64,000 nucleotides of DNA. It comes from Eledone cirrhosa (lineage: Eukaryota). The DNA lies in contig OZ024743.1 in assembly GCA_964016885.1 (NCBI GenBank), positions 82,398,001 through 82,462,000 on the forward strand, given 5' to 3'. Shown in pieces: positions 14,551-28,640 of the stretch; within the stretch, counting starts at the first letter, position 1; every line of letters begins with the position of its first letter. The translations under genes were made by a program, and so were the position numbers. Under the pieces are notes generated by a model. The model was not told the origin of the DNA and did no database searches. It saw only the letters and a program-made list of their open reading frames with translations.

Positions 14551-14555
<5 letters not shown>
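14207..14555 (+). mobile_element. Fold-back element family D
   Basis: ~280-bp near-perfect palindrome 14207-14485 with apex near 14346, plus a 70-bp tail, within (TA)n. Arm fragments also occur at 6910-6950 and 45030-45160. Confidence 0.75.
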
Positions 14556-14608
<53 letters not shown>

Positions 14609-14673
14609 CCGAGTACTCTGGTCAGTTATGGTCCACCTGGTACCTTACCACACCCTCTTTGTTATATATATAT

Positions 14674-14729
<56 letters not shown>

Positions 14730-14761
14730 GCGTGTGTGTGTGTGTGTCAAATTTTATGTAC

Positions 14762-14872
14762 AAATGGCTTCTACAAGTCTAGAACTGTTTCATTCGAAAG
14801 AAAGCATGAGGGTTTTCCTGATGATTTCTTTCGAATGAAATATTTTAGTCCTGTAGAAGCCATTTCTATATT
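14762..14872 (+). mobile_element. Fold-back element family B with HHR-like core
   Basis: AAATGGCTTCTAC...GTAGAAGCCATTT inverted arms; CTGATGA TTTCTTTCGAAT GAAA. Confidence 0.65.
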
Positions 14873-14938
14873 AAGTGATATATATCTATTTATTTATTGA
14901 TATTTAGTTATGTAATAAACAACATAAGATAATTATTT

Positions 14939-14992
14939 CATTTACCAGTGGTTTCTTGAAGACAGATGTATCTGTCTTCAGTCGTCAGAATG
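14939..14992 (-). ncRNA. Type I hammerhead ribozyme motif
   Basis: Minus strand: catt CTGACGA CTGAAGACAGAT-AC-ATCTGTCTTCAA GAAA CCA-C-TGG TA aatg. Stems I, II and III all pair; a second copy is at 59509-59562. Confidence 0.75.
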
Positions 14993-15322
14993 AATAAAAA
15001 AACATGGTGTTTGTTTTAAATATGGATTTGAAAATAAAATTTAGGAAATAGGGCTGAAAAAAACCGCCGAAAAAGAAATAGGGAAAAAAATATATATATA
15101 TATATATATATATAAGAATAAAAATATAAATATCCAGAACGTAAACATACAGACAATCAACTATGCGCATATGCTAAAAAGTATGTAGACGTAAACTCAC
15201 ACAAACGTGTTAACGTCTTCAAAGAAACATAAATACATACACATACATATACACAGATATATACACTCAAATTTGGGAAGGAGTAAGCAAGCAGAAATAA
15301 CTAAATAAGAAATTATTATGAA

Positions 15323-15730
<408 letters not shown>

Positions 15731-16515
15731 ATATATATATATATATATATATAAACAAAAACAAAATAAAGTAAAAGAAGGGGGGGGGGTTGACAACGAT
15801 GTCCACATCTTACTTTATCTAGCTTTTCTTGTAAATACAAACAGTGATAGCTTTTGTAAAGAATGATTTGAGGCAGAATTGACTCCTATATCTAGTAGAT
15901 ACTTAGAATAATTATTTTTATTCCGACTAAGCGAACCAATAATCCCAAACACCTTCCAATTATGACCATCTCTTATTTTATTTCTGCATCAACCCCTCCG
16001 ACATTTTGTGATTTCCAGAAGATTTAGCTGCTATTTCTGGTATGTCAGATAGTTGAGTTTGTTATCTAGATATATCTGCTATTTCTAGTATAACGAGTAG
16101 CCAGCTGGGTGCCCCAGTTGTTATTAGACAGTCTGTTGTGTGTAATTTCCGAAAAATGTGGCTGTTATTTTCAGCATGTCGAGTGACCTGTTAGAGAGGC
16201 GCCTCTTGTTAACTTAATGCCTTAGTAATTATCAGAGAAGCCTTATTCGTCCGTAGATAGCACTTCGTTGTTCACTCTATCATACAAGATGGGAACATTT
16301 GGAAAAACAACATGGCCTGGTACAGTGATTTGGAGAGACAGGCTTATACTGGTGTTTCTCTCTCTTCTGCCCCTCTCTTTCTCTCTACACACAGAGAGAG
16401 GGGGAGAATATAAAGAGAGAGAGAGACTGTGGTGCTGAGACTGAAGAGACCACTAATGACGGGAGTACTCAATGTAGGAGATGTAGTATAGAGATATGTA
16501 AAACCCGCTTTTACA

Positions 16516-16584
<69 letters not shown>

Positions 16585-16737
16585 TAATAAAAATTTGAAA
16601 GAAACAGGGAGTTGTGTGTATATATATATACACACACATACAGTGTATATTATACTACATTAGTAACATATAATTCATATATATATAACAAAGGAAGTGT
16701 GGTAAGGAACCAACTCTGCCGTCGGGGTCTTAAACAT

Positions 16738-16797
<60 letters not shown>

Positions 16798-16840
16798 AAC
16801 AAAAACAAAGAGCGCTTACATCATCAATTAATCTTTATTT

Positions 16841-16885
16841 GCTGACAGTGTTTCGTCCTTGCATAATTGCAGGACTCATCAGAGC
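16841..16885 (-). ncRNA. Minimal type I hammerhead ribozyme motif
   Basis: Minus strand: gct CTGATGA GTCCTGCA-ATTA-TGCAAGGAC GAAA C-ACT-G TC agc. Canonical core and GUC site; lies in an island (16795-16960) between (TA)n runs. Confidence 0.8.
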
Positions 16886-16958
16886 GTTATAAAGAGGAAT
16901 TAGATCAATAGTGTAAACTCTACCGACCTATATCACAAGAACGATCCATATGTCGCAC

Positions 16959-17030
<72 letters not shown>

Positions 17031-17233
17031 GTGCAGAAACTAATTAGTTGTAGTGAAAATTTAAGTAAGTAAAAAATTTTTTAAACATTTTTAAAAAAAA
17101 ATATTTTCTTATTTTACGTCTTTTATATTATTGTTCTGCATTCTCCTGCATTGAACCACCTAGGTACTATGACATAACCTGTGTATTTGCTAGCATGGGC
17201 GTGCATCTGTGCGCTTATGTTAGTTGATATATT

Positions 17234-17298
<65 letters not shown>

Positions 17299-17799
17299 CA
17301 AAGGTGTGGTAATATACCAGGTAGACCATAACGCACCAGAGTATTCCATACTTAGGGTAGTAGAGTGAGTAATATGAAAATAAATTATGACCCCGACGGC
17401 TGAGCTATGTATGTATATATATGTTTGTGTATGCATGTGTGTAGAATTTGTCAGCAATATACTTTGCATAGCGATAAAAGTGTTTACTGAGAATCTATAT
17501 TTATATATATAGAAGTATCTTAAAACCTACATACTAACCTACGAGCAGATCACAGTATTCTAATATAAAATGAAATCCCCTGGGTTAATATGTACAGGTT
17601 TGTGAAGATTGTATTTTAGATTACATTACTGGGATCTACCCGTTGGACAGCCTGTACTCTTATTATTATTATATATAAGGCTGCCACGCGGACTAGCAAC
17701 TGGCTAATTTTTGGCCGCCTTCTCGTCTTGGGCATTTCTCTCTGCTTTTCAGCCCCTTGGATTGTTTCTATTATATTCCTTTGTTGGATAAATTTCGGA

Positions 17800-17857
17800 A
17801 TACCTGATGATGTCACCGGATTCATACTGAACCCGGTCATTGAAATGTTCATAGTAT
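17800..17857 (+). ncRNA. Type I hammerhead motif (family F)
   Basis: atac CTGATGA TGTCACCGG..CCGGTCATT GAAA TGTTCA TA gtat. Confidence 0.65.
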
Positions 17858-17871
17858 AATACATCTATATA

Positions 17872-17909
<38 letters not shown>

Positions 17910-17993
17910 CATATATTATATAGATATATATATAATATACATATATATATAATATACATATATATATATACATATATATATATATAATATACA

Positions 17994-18038
<45 letters not shown>

Positions 18039-18178
18039 ATATATATATATATTGTGGTAGCAAACTAGGGGTTGAACATCCCTCTGGTGGAACTCTTTCT
18101 CTCTGTCTTTGTAGATATATTTATGCAAGGTGATTTTAGGTTTGATCAATACATATAAAATATATATCGATTATGTTT

Positions 18179-18361
18179 CTTGTTTCTACTATTGGCACAA
18201 GGCTAGCAATTATCCCAGTGCATTACTGGTACTTTATTTTATCGACTCCGTAAGGATGAAAGGCAAAGTTAACCTCGGCGGGATTTGAACTCAGAATGGC
18301 AAGGGCCGTAACTCTATGCGTCAAAGCATGGCGTCCGACCCTCTACCGATACTGCCAATCC
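18179..18361 (-). mobile_element. SINE S1 copy
   Basis: Near full-length match to the S1 unit. Confidence 0.85.
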
Positions 18362-19045
18362 AAATAATAATAATAGTGTATATGACATATATAGAATATC
18401 TTTAGGTATGGAACACATGTCCCACGTGTCTTAGAGGTTAGTGGGCCTATTGGCAATCGTGAGGATGCCTTATGTCCTTCAGCAAGACATTATATTTCAT
18501 GTTGCTCATTCTGGAGTTGCTACCGGTAGATATCAGCAATAGGAGATCTTGGAAACATTGTGTCCTTGATCTGATTTGAAGAGTAAGCGAATGAGGGCTG
18601 AGTTGTTGTCGACCGATGAATGTTTTAAGTTGTGCTCATGTCTCAGATATCTCAGTAGCTTTGTGAGAACGCCAGACTCTAGTCTTTCAGGAGGTTTAAT
18701 CCATCATCAGTGACCAAGTGAATACTTTTTACGTATAAAACATCTGCAGGAGAAGTTTATTTGCATATAGTGGGGGGGGGGGGGGGGCATTGGCTAGGAT
18801 TAATTAGCAGTCATAGACACATACATAGACAGACATACACAGCCACACACACACGTACCCACACAGACACGCCACACACTCAGACAGACACAGCCACACA
18901 CTCAGACAGACACACACACGTACTCACACACACAAACAAACACAGGGTGTGTTCATTAACTCTAATATATACATACAGTGTATGTGATAGCTAAGTTCTC
19001 TTCTGAAGGCTAAATAAACACTGAGATATGTATGTGAAAATATAT

Positions 19046-19460
<415 letters not shown>

Positions 19461-19704
19461 TATACGTATATATATCGATATTTATTTATGCATATGTGTC
19501 TGACTTTGTGTGTATTTTAACGTATGTGTGTCTGTGTATTTTTATGTGTGTGTATGTGTGTATGTGTATTTCTATAATGATCTAATTACACGATAGGCTA
19601 AACCTGTGTATGCGCACGTGTATGTATTTCTGTGTAGGTATATAAGCGATAGGAGACTACGTATATATATATATATATACATACATACATACATACATAC
19701 ATAC

Positions 19705-20310
19705 ATGGTGGCTGCCAACTCGTTTTCGAGTACGGCCACTACTTTATATCCATGTAGGAGAACCCCTACCGATGCGCTGAACAAGTGTGACTTTTTAGTC
19801 CAGCCAGCGACTTGAAAACTCTGGTACAAACACTACACTTGTGACAATTATTGACACACAGTGCTGGGCCCATGGTACCATGTGACGACAAGTGCAGAGA
19901 GATCTCCAGATATAAAGTAATGCCTGTGCCGTGAAGCTTTTATAGTGAGCAAAGGCACTGCACAAAGCCAGTCCCACTCTCTTAACCAAGATGATATTTA
20001 CCAAAAAGAAGAACAAGTCAACATCATTGGATACCATCAGGGTTGCAGGTGCTATATCAGAGTTTTCCTTCTCCTAGAATTCTGCCTTGACAAAGGCTAA
20101 GGGGTCATCTCTCCCGGTGATTTTGGATGGCCATTGACTCTTAAGAGCTCCTTTGCCCTTTGCCAGGTTTTGTTTTTAGTCCTGCAGGATGTTCAAAGTC
20201 ACCCTCCTCACCAAGAAACCTTGGTGGGGTTGCCAGTTTAGTCGCCAACGACCCGACCTTGAGACAGGTTGTACTGGGTGTTGCCAGTAGCACTCAAGAG
20301 TGTCCCGACA
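19705..20310 (-). mobile_element. RTE-group LINE 5' region fragment
   Basis: Minus strand contains TTAGCCTTTG..AGGCAG..TCTAGGAGAAGGAAAACTCTGA, which resembles RTE/RTE-X 5' regions as I recall them. 20120-20255 is repeated in inverted orientation at 41080-41210. Confidence 0.5.
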
Positions 20311-20356
20311 TACATACATAACTTATATACATACATATATACATACATACATTACA

Positions 20357-20566
20357 TACGAGGTGTTGCTGAAAAGTTCCCGTCTTCCAGTAAAATAAAA
20401 TACAGGAGGATCAGTTAATTATGATTTTATTCAACATATTCCCCTCTCACATGTTGCAGCAGTCCTACAGTTTTTCTAAACCCTGTAAAAAGAACTAGGA
20501 ATGTTGGGTCTCCAACCAGGCCTCTCTAGCAGTGATCAAGCCAGGAACATTTCAACACTCCTTCGC
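20357..20566. mobile_element. Tc1/mariner-derived MITE
   Basis: TA-CGAGGTGTTGCTGAAAAGTTCC ... GGAACATTTCAACACTCCTTCG imperfect TIRs; internal GATTTTATTCAACATATTCCCC. Confidence 0.55.
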
Positions 20567-20609
20567 GTGTGTGTGTATATATATATGAGAGAGAGATAAA
20601 GAGAGAGTC

Positions 20610-21352
20610 TTTCAAATCAGGATTTGGACACCATGGCCCACTCAAGTAAAGAGTTATTGTTTACGGAGGCATATCCGGGTGTAGGAGGTTTATCCGGGAT
20701 TTCTTGAAGGAATTTGTCCAAAGAATTCTTGAACTTGATGGGGTCTGTGTCTGTTTTAATGTGTTATGGTGTAATGTTAAAGAGAGTGGGGGCCAATTGA
20801 GGTGAAATAATTGTGCCGTATTGTTGTTATGAGATGCAAGTGTGATGTTTGTCGTGGGCGGATAGCACGGAGCCCTAGCCTTGGGTGTACCTTAAAGGTG
20901 ATGCCAACATCATTTGGGCAATGCTGATGGAATATTTTCCACATCATGCAGATAATGTAGCGCTCACAGCGACGATGGAGAGAATAAAGTTTGAGCTTTT
21001 CTAATCGACCCCAATAGTCAAGGCCTGTCATGCCAACTATCTTTTTTGTAATTGACCTTTGGGGTGCTTCAACTTTCATGATACTTTTTTTCGTGTGGGG
21101 TGACCACAGTGAACAACAGTATTCAAGGTGGGGTCGGACAAAAGTGGAGAAGAGAAGGATAACTGTGGATATCTCTCGACTGGAAGGTTCTGAGAATCCA
21201 GGAACACATTCTGCGGGGCATATCAACTTTGCTGTTCATATGAGTGGCCCAGCTTATGTTGTTGTCCACAATTACTCCCAGGTCTCTGATGTTGTTGGAT
21301 GCCACGAGTGTTTCACCTGAAGGAAAGGAGTATGGAAGTTTCAGGGCATCCT
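20610..21352 (-). pseudogene. CR1/L2-group LINE ORF2 3' fragment (end of RT and C-terminal region), frameshifted
   Basis: IRDLGVIVDNNISWATH..; FVRPHLEYCCSLWSPH..; LDYWGRLEKLKLYSLHRRCER. Confidence 0.85.
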
Positions 21353-21355
21353 CTG

Positions 21356-21410
<55 letters not shown>

Positions 21411-21782
21411 TTGGGGAGGGTCATATTGTTGTAATAATATTGCCAGAAATAATAACAGAACACATTCACTGTTTGGTTGGTTTTCGCTTCCGTATCTTTT
21501 ATATCTCCACAGTTAATTCATTCGGTCCTCAATGTTTACCATTGACTGTCCAACGGTCCAAAATACAGATATAATATAGATATAAACACATATATATAGT
21601 CTAACAAAGTTCTTTCGTTGCACATCTGCAACATCATCAGTGGTACTATTATGTTCCTCCTGTATTGTGTTTCTACGCCATTTTTATTTTATCTGTTTAT
21701 ATATATATAGAAGTGGTTACACAACAGTTAGTTCACCATGGACTGAATGCTCTACCACTACGGATATTAGCTTTCAGTGTTC

Positions 21783-21855
<73 letters not shown>

Positions 21856-21915
21856 CTTTTCTCACCTTACTAAATGTAAAAGTGGAATATTCCATTATAA
21901 TCATTTACACATGTG

Positions 21916-21967
<52 letters not shown>

Positions 21968-22449
21968 ACTCTAATACCTATATATATAATGTGTGTCTAT
22001 ATACAGGCACACAGGTCAAAGTTTTTAGACTATATACTAAAGTTAAGGTCGATTCTTACATGACTGTTACTGTTAAGAGTCTGAAAATCTCACTACAACC
22101 CAACATTAATAAATAGAAGGCAAAATATATAAAATAACATTATACCCACAGTAGTCATACTAATGTTTCTAAGTATTATATCTCTTAAGACCACGTAGAT
22201 CTTAAATTATACCCACAGTAGTTATAGAAATGTTTCTAAGTATTAAAATACTTCCTTCCGCCACAGAACTCATAAGGCCACATCTTAAATTATGTAATGC
22301 TTTTTTCACGAAAAATATAGTGTTAATGAAAAAAATCGATCACTAATATTTGATTTTCAAAAATGATTCCAATATAAATGTGATAGTAATAATATATGAT
22401 TAATATATTTCCACTTTATCTACATTGTAATATGAATGCGATAGTAATA

Positions 22450-22638
22450 ATTGGTTTTGCATTTGGCACAAGCCAGCAATTACCCCAGTGCATTACTGGA
22501 ACTTTATTTTATCGACCCCGTAAGGATGAAAAGCTCAGTTATCTTCGGCGGGATTTGAACTCAGACCGTAAAGGGCCGTAACTCTATGCTACAAAGCATG
22601 GCGTCCGACTCTCTACCGATACTGCTAATCCACCGCCC
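22450..22638 (-). mobile_element. SINE S1 copy
   Basis: Full-length match to the S1 unit. Confidence 0.85.
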
Positions 22639-23748
22639 TCTCATAATATATGGTTAATATATTTCAAATTTAACTCTTTTAAATGTAGACTGGTGTCGGG
22701 TGTGGTGTGTGTCAGGGTGTGGTGTGTGTCGGGGTGTGGTGTGTGTCGGGGTGTGTGTCGGGTTGTGTGTGTAATGTTACAAATCTAATGTGTGTGTGTG
22801 TGTGTGTGTACAATCCAATGACCAGAATGTTTCAAGTACCCTATATTTATTCCACTATTAATTCTCCTCCCAGATACCTGCATACACAGGAGAGAGTGAG
22901 ATATAAATATATGTATAATATATATATATATATGAGAGAGAGGGAGGGAGGGAGACGATTTATTTCTTTTTTTTTTCTTCCAAAGAAGAAACAAAACCAA
23001 ATATAAATTGTTTTGGAAGAACGAAACAAATGTGGAAAAAAAAAAGAGAAAATTTCAAGTTGTTGTTTAGCTGGAGGTGAGCCCCCATCCAGAAGACAAG
23101 ATGATGATCAAAGGTGTTAAAGATATTACCATCTTGTCATTTATTCAGGCAATATAGCTTCGATAATATTATGCAATGTCTTCTCCTTTGCATGGCTTCG
23201 TAGTTAGGGACGTTAGGCACGCCATCATAATATCGTCGTTTCGATTCCTAGACCGAGCGATGATAAAAAAAAACGCTTCAAATCTCTTTGCTTTTAATGA
23301 AAGTATCGGCAACCTTATGAAATCCCGCGAGAAAAGTCTCATGAAATGTAACCTTGTTGGAAACCGACTAAATTTACATAGGTGTAGGCTGTAATATTTT
23401 TTCCCACCCACCAACCATGACCTCTAATCAAAGGTGTAAAACAAGATACGACCCTTTTACTGTTTGTTCTTACAGTATACTTATCAAAAGTGTTTCCTTT
23501 TTTATAGATAGAAGGATGTGATTTCACGGTTGGCGAGGGAGGTTGGCTGCTATTTCTAGAAAATCCATTTAGTCCATAGAGGTTCGTTTGTTGGTTTAAT
23601 AATATAACAACCGTTCTTACACAGATTCAGAGAATCTCATTTCACAGTCATCTCGCTTCAGCGAACAGTGTAATTGTCTACACTGTTATATACAATTACT
23701 GTATATATGTGTGTGCGTGTGTGTGTGTGTGTGTATAATATATATATT

Positions 23749-23788
<40 letters not shown>

Positions 23789-23804
23789 ATATATATATAT
23801 ATAT

Positions 23805-25175
23805 ATACTATAAAGCTGACAGCCGTATGTAGGTAACAAACTTTCCGCCAAACGGCTGGACCAAACGGCACCAAATTTGCACCATAGATGTAACTTTGGT
23901 CCAAGTAAAAAAGTGAGGGTATTTTTGTCCACTGAATTTTGTTAAAAGATTAAAGACATTATTTAAATATTCACTTCTTTAAATTTCAAATGTCAACACT
24001 TCTGGTTATACGTCATTCCCTCACTTGTTCTTATGACGTCGCACAACATTCCCCTCTTTTTCTTTTTCTTAGTCTGTATGTCTGGCTGTCTGCATTAGAT
24101 AGCGTCTTTCGAAATATTTACTTCTGCGTTCACAGACTGATTTTTTAAGTTTCAGAAGATCCCGTTAAGGGTAAAAGGAGCGATTCTTTGCTTAAACTTT
24201 AAGCTGTTATTTTAATATATATATTCGTGTACAGATATTTTTGCATACACAAAAACAAAAACCTATTTATTTCGCGAAAGCACAGACGGCTTATCGTCAT
24301 TGTTACTGTTCGAAGTTAGAGGACCACAGTCTTTCCAAGATCTGAGAAGCATCATGGCCATCAATGTTTCACTTACATTTGGCTTGCCAGATGCGTGATA
24401 TGTTACACGATGATAGCCATTGGCACCTCACGCTGCAAGAAGCAGAAACTGCTAAAGTCCCTTCTCAGCTGCGAAAACTTGTTGCTATTATGCTGCACAA
24501 CTGCGATCTCGCCGACTCCCTCGCAATGTGGAACAACCACCGCGAAAGTCTAGCTGAGGACATCCTCCACCGCACACGCAGACGCAATCCAAACGTAACA
24601 TACGATGTCGTTTTCAATGAGGCGCTCATTTGTCTTGAAAACAGTATCCTGGAGATTGGTGGTAGGCCTCTAAGCCACTACAGCTTACCTGCTCCTGACA
24701 GGAGTGTCCAGAGGTCAACGTCTACAGAGCTTCTCCGCGAGACGAGCTACGACATCAGTGATTCTTCCATGGTCAATTGTATGTAGGATGCTCTAGGGTT
24801 AGCTCTTCATCTTTGCTCCGGAGGGCCGAACAAAGAATATTGTATACTCTGAGGCTCTAACAATGTAATTTAAATATTTTCTGTTACTTGGAATTTCCAT
24901 TATGGTTGTACAAATTATTGTTTGTTAAAAAATGTGTTCTCTGTTCAGCCTTTATTGTTGTAACTATCAATTTTCTTAAACGTACTAGCTGCTGAACTGG
25001 GGAATCCTAAAAACTATTCAAACCCAACATCAGAGCACGTTAACCCCCCCCCCCCTCCTTGCTGACTTTAGAGGGCGTGCGGTATCTTTACACTAGAGTG
25101 CAGGGGGGGGGGGGATTCCTGAAAAGATAAAATGGCGGTATACCTAGCCGGGCGCCAGCCGGACGTCCAGCTAGT
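23805..25175 (+). mobile_element. Non-autonomous Helitron, copy 1
   Basis: 5' TATACTATAAAGC..CCAAACGGCTGGACC; internal RepHel remnant; 3' GC-rich hairpin GGGCGCC-AGCC-GGACGTCC followed by CTAG-T. Confidence 0.8.
24300..24860 (+). pseudogene. Helitron RepHel remnant (Rep-helicase linker fused by deletion to the helicase C-terminus)
   Basis: LLLFEVRGPQSFQDLR..ACQMRDMLHDDSHWHLTLQEA..PSQLRKLVAIML..LAEDIL..LSHYSLPAP, then the SHGQLYVGCSRV coding sequence. Confidence 0.85.
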
Positions 25176-25620
25176 ATATTATAAATTTGACGGCCCTATG
25201 TATCTAACAAACTTTTCGCCAAACGGCTAGACTAAAAAGCACCAAATTTGCACCATAGATGTAGCTTTTGCCAAGTAAGAAAGTGATGGTATTTTTGTCT
25301 TCTAAATTTCGTTAAAAGATTAAAGATAGTTTATCGTTTATTTAAATATTCACTTCTTTAAAATTTTCAAATGTCAACACTTCCGGTTATATGACATTCC
25401 TCTCCCTTTCTTAGTCTGTCTTTCTAGATAGATACATAGCTATAACGTCGCGCCCTTATAATATGTATCTGTATGTCTAGCTGTCTGCATTAGATACATA
25501 GCTATAACTTCGCTCGCTTACAATATTTCTCTTTCTGGCTGCCTGTCTGCATTGGCTTCGCTTCTAACCAACTTTTAATTAATTCAGTGCAAAGATACCG
25601 CACGCCTTCTCAATAATTAA

Positions 25621-25679
<59 letters not shown>

Positions 25680-25966
25680 GTAATAATAATAAATGTAAAG
25701 ACTAAAATCCAAAGAGGGTTCGATAAGAATAAATATATATCAAATATATAAGAACCCTAGAGCAAATATTGTTCTCATTGCTGACGTATTATCTTCGCTT
25801 CTTTCCGCTCATTGCCAGGGAACGTCTTCACGAACCAAAGTATCGTCTTCCTGTTTTCCTTTGGTTGTAACATCTCTCGAAATATTTACTTCTGCGTTCA
25901 CAGATTGATTTTTTTAATTTCAGAAGATCCCGTTAAGCGATTCTTTGCTTAAACTTTAATCTGTCA

Positions 25967-26028
<62 letters not shown>

Positions 26029-26610
26029 TATATTCGTGTACAGATATTTTTGCATACACAAAAACAAATTATAAACAAACGTATTTATTTCACGAAAGCA
26101 CAGACGGCTTATCGTCATTGTTACTACCGATATGCCACCCAAAAGTCCCAGCCTGGCCGCAAGATAAGATTTTCCAGAAGAAAAAATTTTACTAGAGCAA
26201 CAGAGAGACTAAGCTTCGCGATTACCACCAACAAAGCTCAGGGTCAAATCCTAAAAGTGGCTGGCCTTCATCTGGGAAAACCATGCTTCTCCCATGGTCA
26301 ATTGTATGTAGGATGCTCTAGGGTGACCTCACCGAACAATCTCTTCATCTTTGCTCCCGAGGGCCGAACAAAAAATATTGTACACTCTGAGGCTCTAACA
26401 ATGTTATTTATGTATTTTCTGTTACTTGGAATTTCCATTATGGTTGTACAAATTGTTGTAAAGTTTGTTTAAAAATGTGTTCTCTGTTCAGCCTTTATTG
26501 TTGTAACTATCAATTTTCTTTAACTTACTGGCTGCTGAACTGGGGAATACTGAAAACTATTCAAACCCAACATCAGAGCACGTTAACCCCCCCCCCCCCC
26601 TCCCCTAGTA
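25176..26610 (+). mobile_element. Non-autonomous Helitron, copy 2, head-to-tail with copy 1
   Basis: 25185-25400 repeats 23815-24030, and 26290-26600 repeats 24765-25055; ends in CTAG-T. Confidence 0.8.
26205..26400 (+). pseudogene. Helitron PIF1-type helicase C-terminal remnant
   Basis: LSFAITTNKAQGQILKVAGLHLGKPCFSHGQLYVGCSRV..TKNIVHSEAL (PIF1 motifs V/VI). Confidence 0.9.
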
Positions 26611-27077
26611 TATATATATACATACCAAGTTTAATATAGAAATGAAGAAATGGCTTCTACAGAACTAGAACTGTTTCATTCAAAAGAAATCACCAGGAAA
26701 GCCGGCTGTCGTTGTAAAACAGTTGTATTTATGTTTCCCGGTGTTTGGGTGGAGTTCATTGGCCGAGGGAGTTTAAAAAACAAGGATTCTTTGAAAATGT
26801 TGACAATCTACTAAAGTATTGAGAACTGGTTACCCCCGATTGAACCCGAGATGCATATATATATATATATATACAGAGAGAGAGGGGGAGAGCAGTCAAT
26901 AGTCTTGAATACACAATGACATACAAGGATTTATTTCCACTCTACCTCTATTCAATATTCACAACCCTACGTGCAGTTTTAAGATACCAATAAATCCTGC
27001 CCGAACTCGGTAGAACACATACATATATGTATGTGTTTGTGTCTATCTATATATGTATAAATGTATGTGTGTATAAA

Positions 27078-27130
<53 letters not shown>

Positions 27131-27380
27131 CATTTGATTTATTGATTTATTGATAATTTATTTGAGTGTCCCGAATCTTCCATATCGCAATTTTTCGGTC
27201 GTTTGGTTGATTGTAGACATATTCTACGTGTGACGGTATTTTAACGATAGTTATAGCTCTGATTTATCTGAATTATGGAGCCCTCTGCCGCTCATCTCGA
27301 GATTTGTTTATCGTGAACTCGTGCGCCGATTTTTCGATACTCGATTATTCTACTATATATATATATATATATATATATAC

Positions 27381-27564
27381 AGATTAGAGCAAACATCACG
27401 GACGCTCTATCTCAAAATTATTTTTGAAAAGCATTAGAAATGCGCAACCGGTGAAACTTAAAACAAAAACTGAATACTAACCAATACTATTACTAATTCT
27501 CACTTATTCCTAATGAAACTATTTTTCACTGTGAACAATTTGTCATGATTTTCTTTTCCGTTTA

Positions 27565-27570
<6 letters not shown>
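27381..27570. repeat. Family J interspersed island ending in (TA)n
   Basis: Nearly identical to 32488-32675. Confidence 0.7.
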
Positions 27571-27601
<31 letters not shown>

Positions 27602-27987
27602 AGAATGATGAGGAATTTTCATATTTTAATATTACCTCTTTGGTTTGGAACAAAAGCTTTCCTAATTCCAGTGCACGTGTGTTCCCGTTCTGAGACGTTC
27701 ACTGCCACATGTGAATAATTGCAGAAGTAACGTATAATCACGTGATTTTTAGGCAAAGGATCATAGGACTAATTGTGAAATGAAGGACGTCTGGTGTAAA
27801 AAGTCTCTAATAGTTAAACGTTTTAACATTAAGGTGGAGGGTAAGTTAGTTGGAGGTGGAAAGTACTCCATTGGACGTTACAAAAATGAAACTCTGGTCA
27901 AGGCTTGTTATTCCTTTTTAATACATTCTATCAATAATTTAATAATTTTTATTATGGATATTGTATACATATCTTCTTTTTCGCCCA

Positions 27988-28190
27988 TTTATTCCTGAGT
28001 GGGACGTGGGGAGACAGTTTTCTAAAGCAACCGTCTCCAACAGATCTGGCTGGATCAGCCAAGCTCATGGATGTTATCCAACCATCTTGCTCGCGGTCTA
28101 CCCCTGGATCCCCTGCCGGTTGGGTGTGCCCGTAAAATCTGTCCAACAATTCTTTCCTAAGCCATTCTAACCACATGCCATAGTATCAGA
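27988..28190 (-). mobile_element. RTE-type LINE 3' fragment
   Basis: One minus-strand frame reads ..PRGRPRARWLDNI.., typical of RTE ORF C-termini. Confidence 0.55.
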
Positions 28191-28529
28191 GCTGTGATCT
28201 TTGGATATGACATATTTTGTAAAATTTTAAACTTTATATAAAAATGCATAGAAAAGATGTCATACTCATTGTTTAAAAATTGAATAAACTTATTGAACAT
28301 CGACTGAAAATTAGAATCTTCAAAGATTTGGGATTTCGTTTTCTGTCATTCTTCTTCACTTGACAAATTCTTGTTTTGGACATTTAAACCTGGCGAAAGC
28401 CATCTTTCTGCAGGATTGAACAGAGACGATTTCTTCCCGAGAGAAACTGTGAGAAGGGGAGATATATATATATATAGAGAGAGAATGAACCAAACTCAGT
28501 ATTGGGTTAGTATTTCATTTATTAACCTC

Positions 28530-28640
28530 GGCACGGAGTTGGCTACCAGCAGGTGCGAGCCTGAATGGCTCTTTCAACGCATCTCCCTCACCATCATCCG
28601 GAAAAACGCCTTCTCTATTCTGTCCGCCGGGGCCTCGGGG
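28530..28640 (+). mobile_element. CRE-like (restriction-endonuclease type) non-LTR retrotransposon C-terminal fragment
   Basis: EPEWLFQRISLTIIRKNAFSIL resembles the terminal FQRLSxAIQRGNAxxI motif of CRE-clade ORFs. Confidence 0.55.

Noticed and set aside
16270-16360. Possible small host exon (DGNIWKNNMAWYSDLERQ..)
   Set aside because: No recognisable homology, weak splice context and no partner exons.
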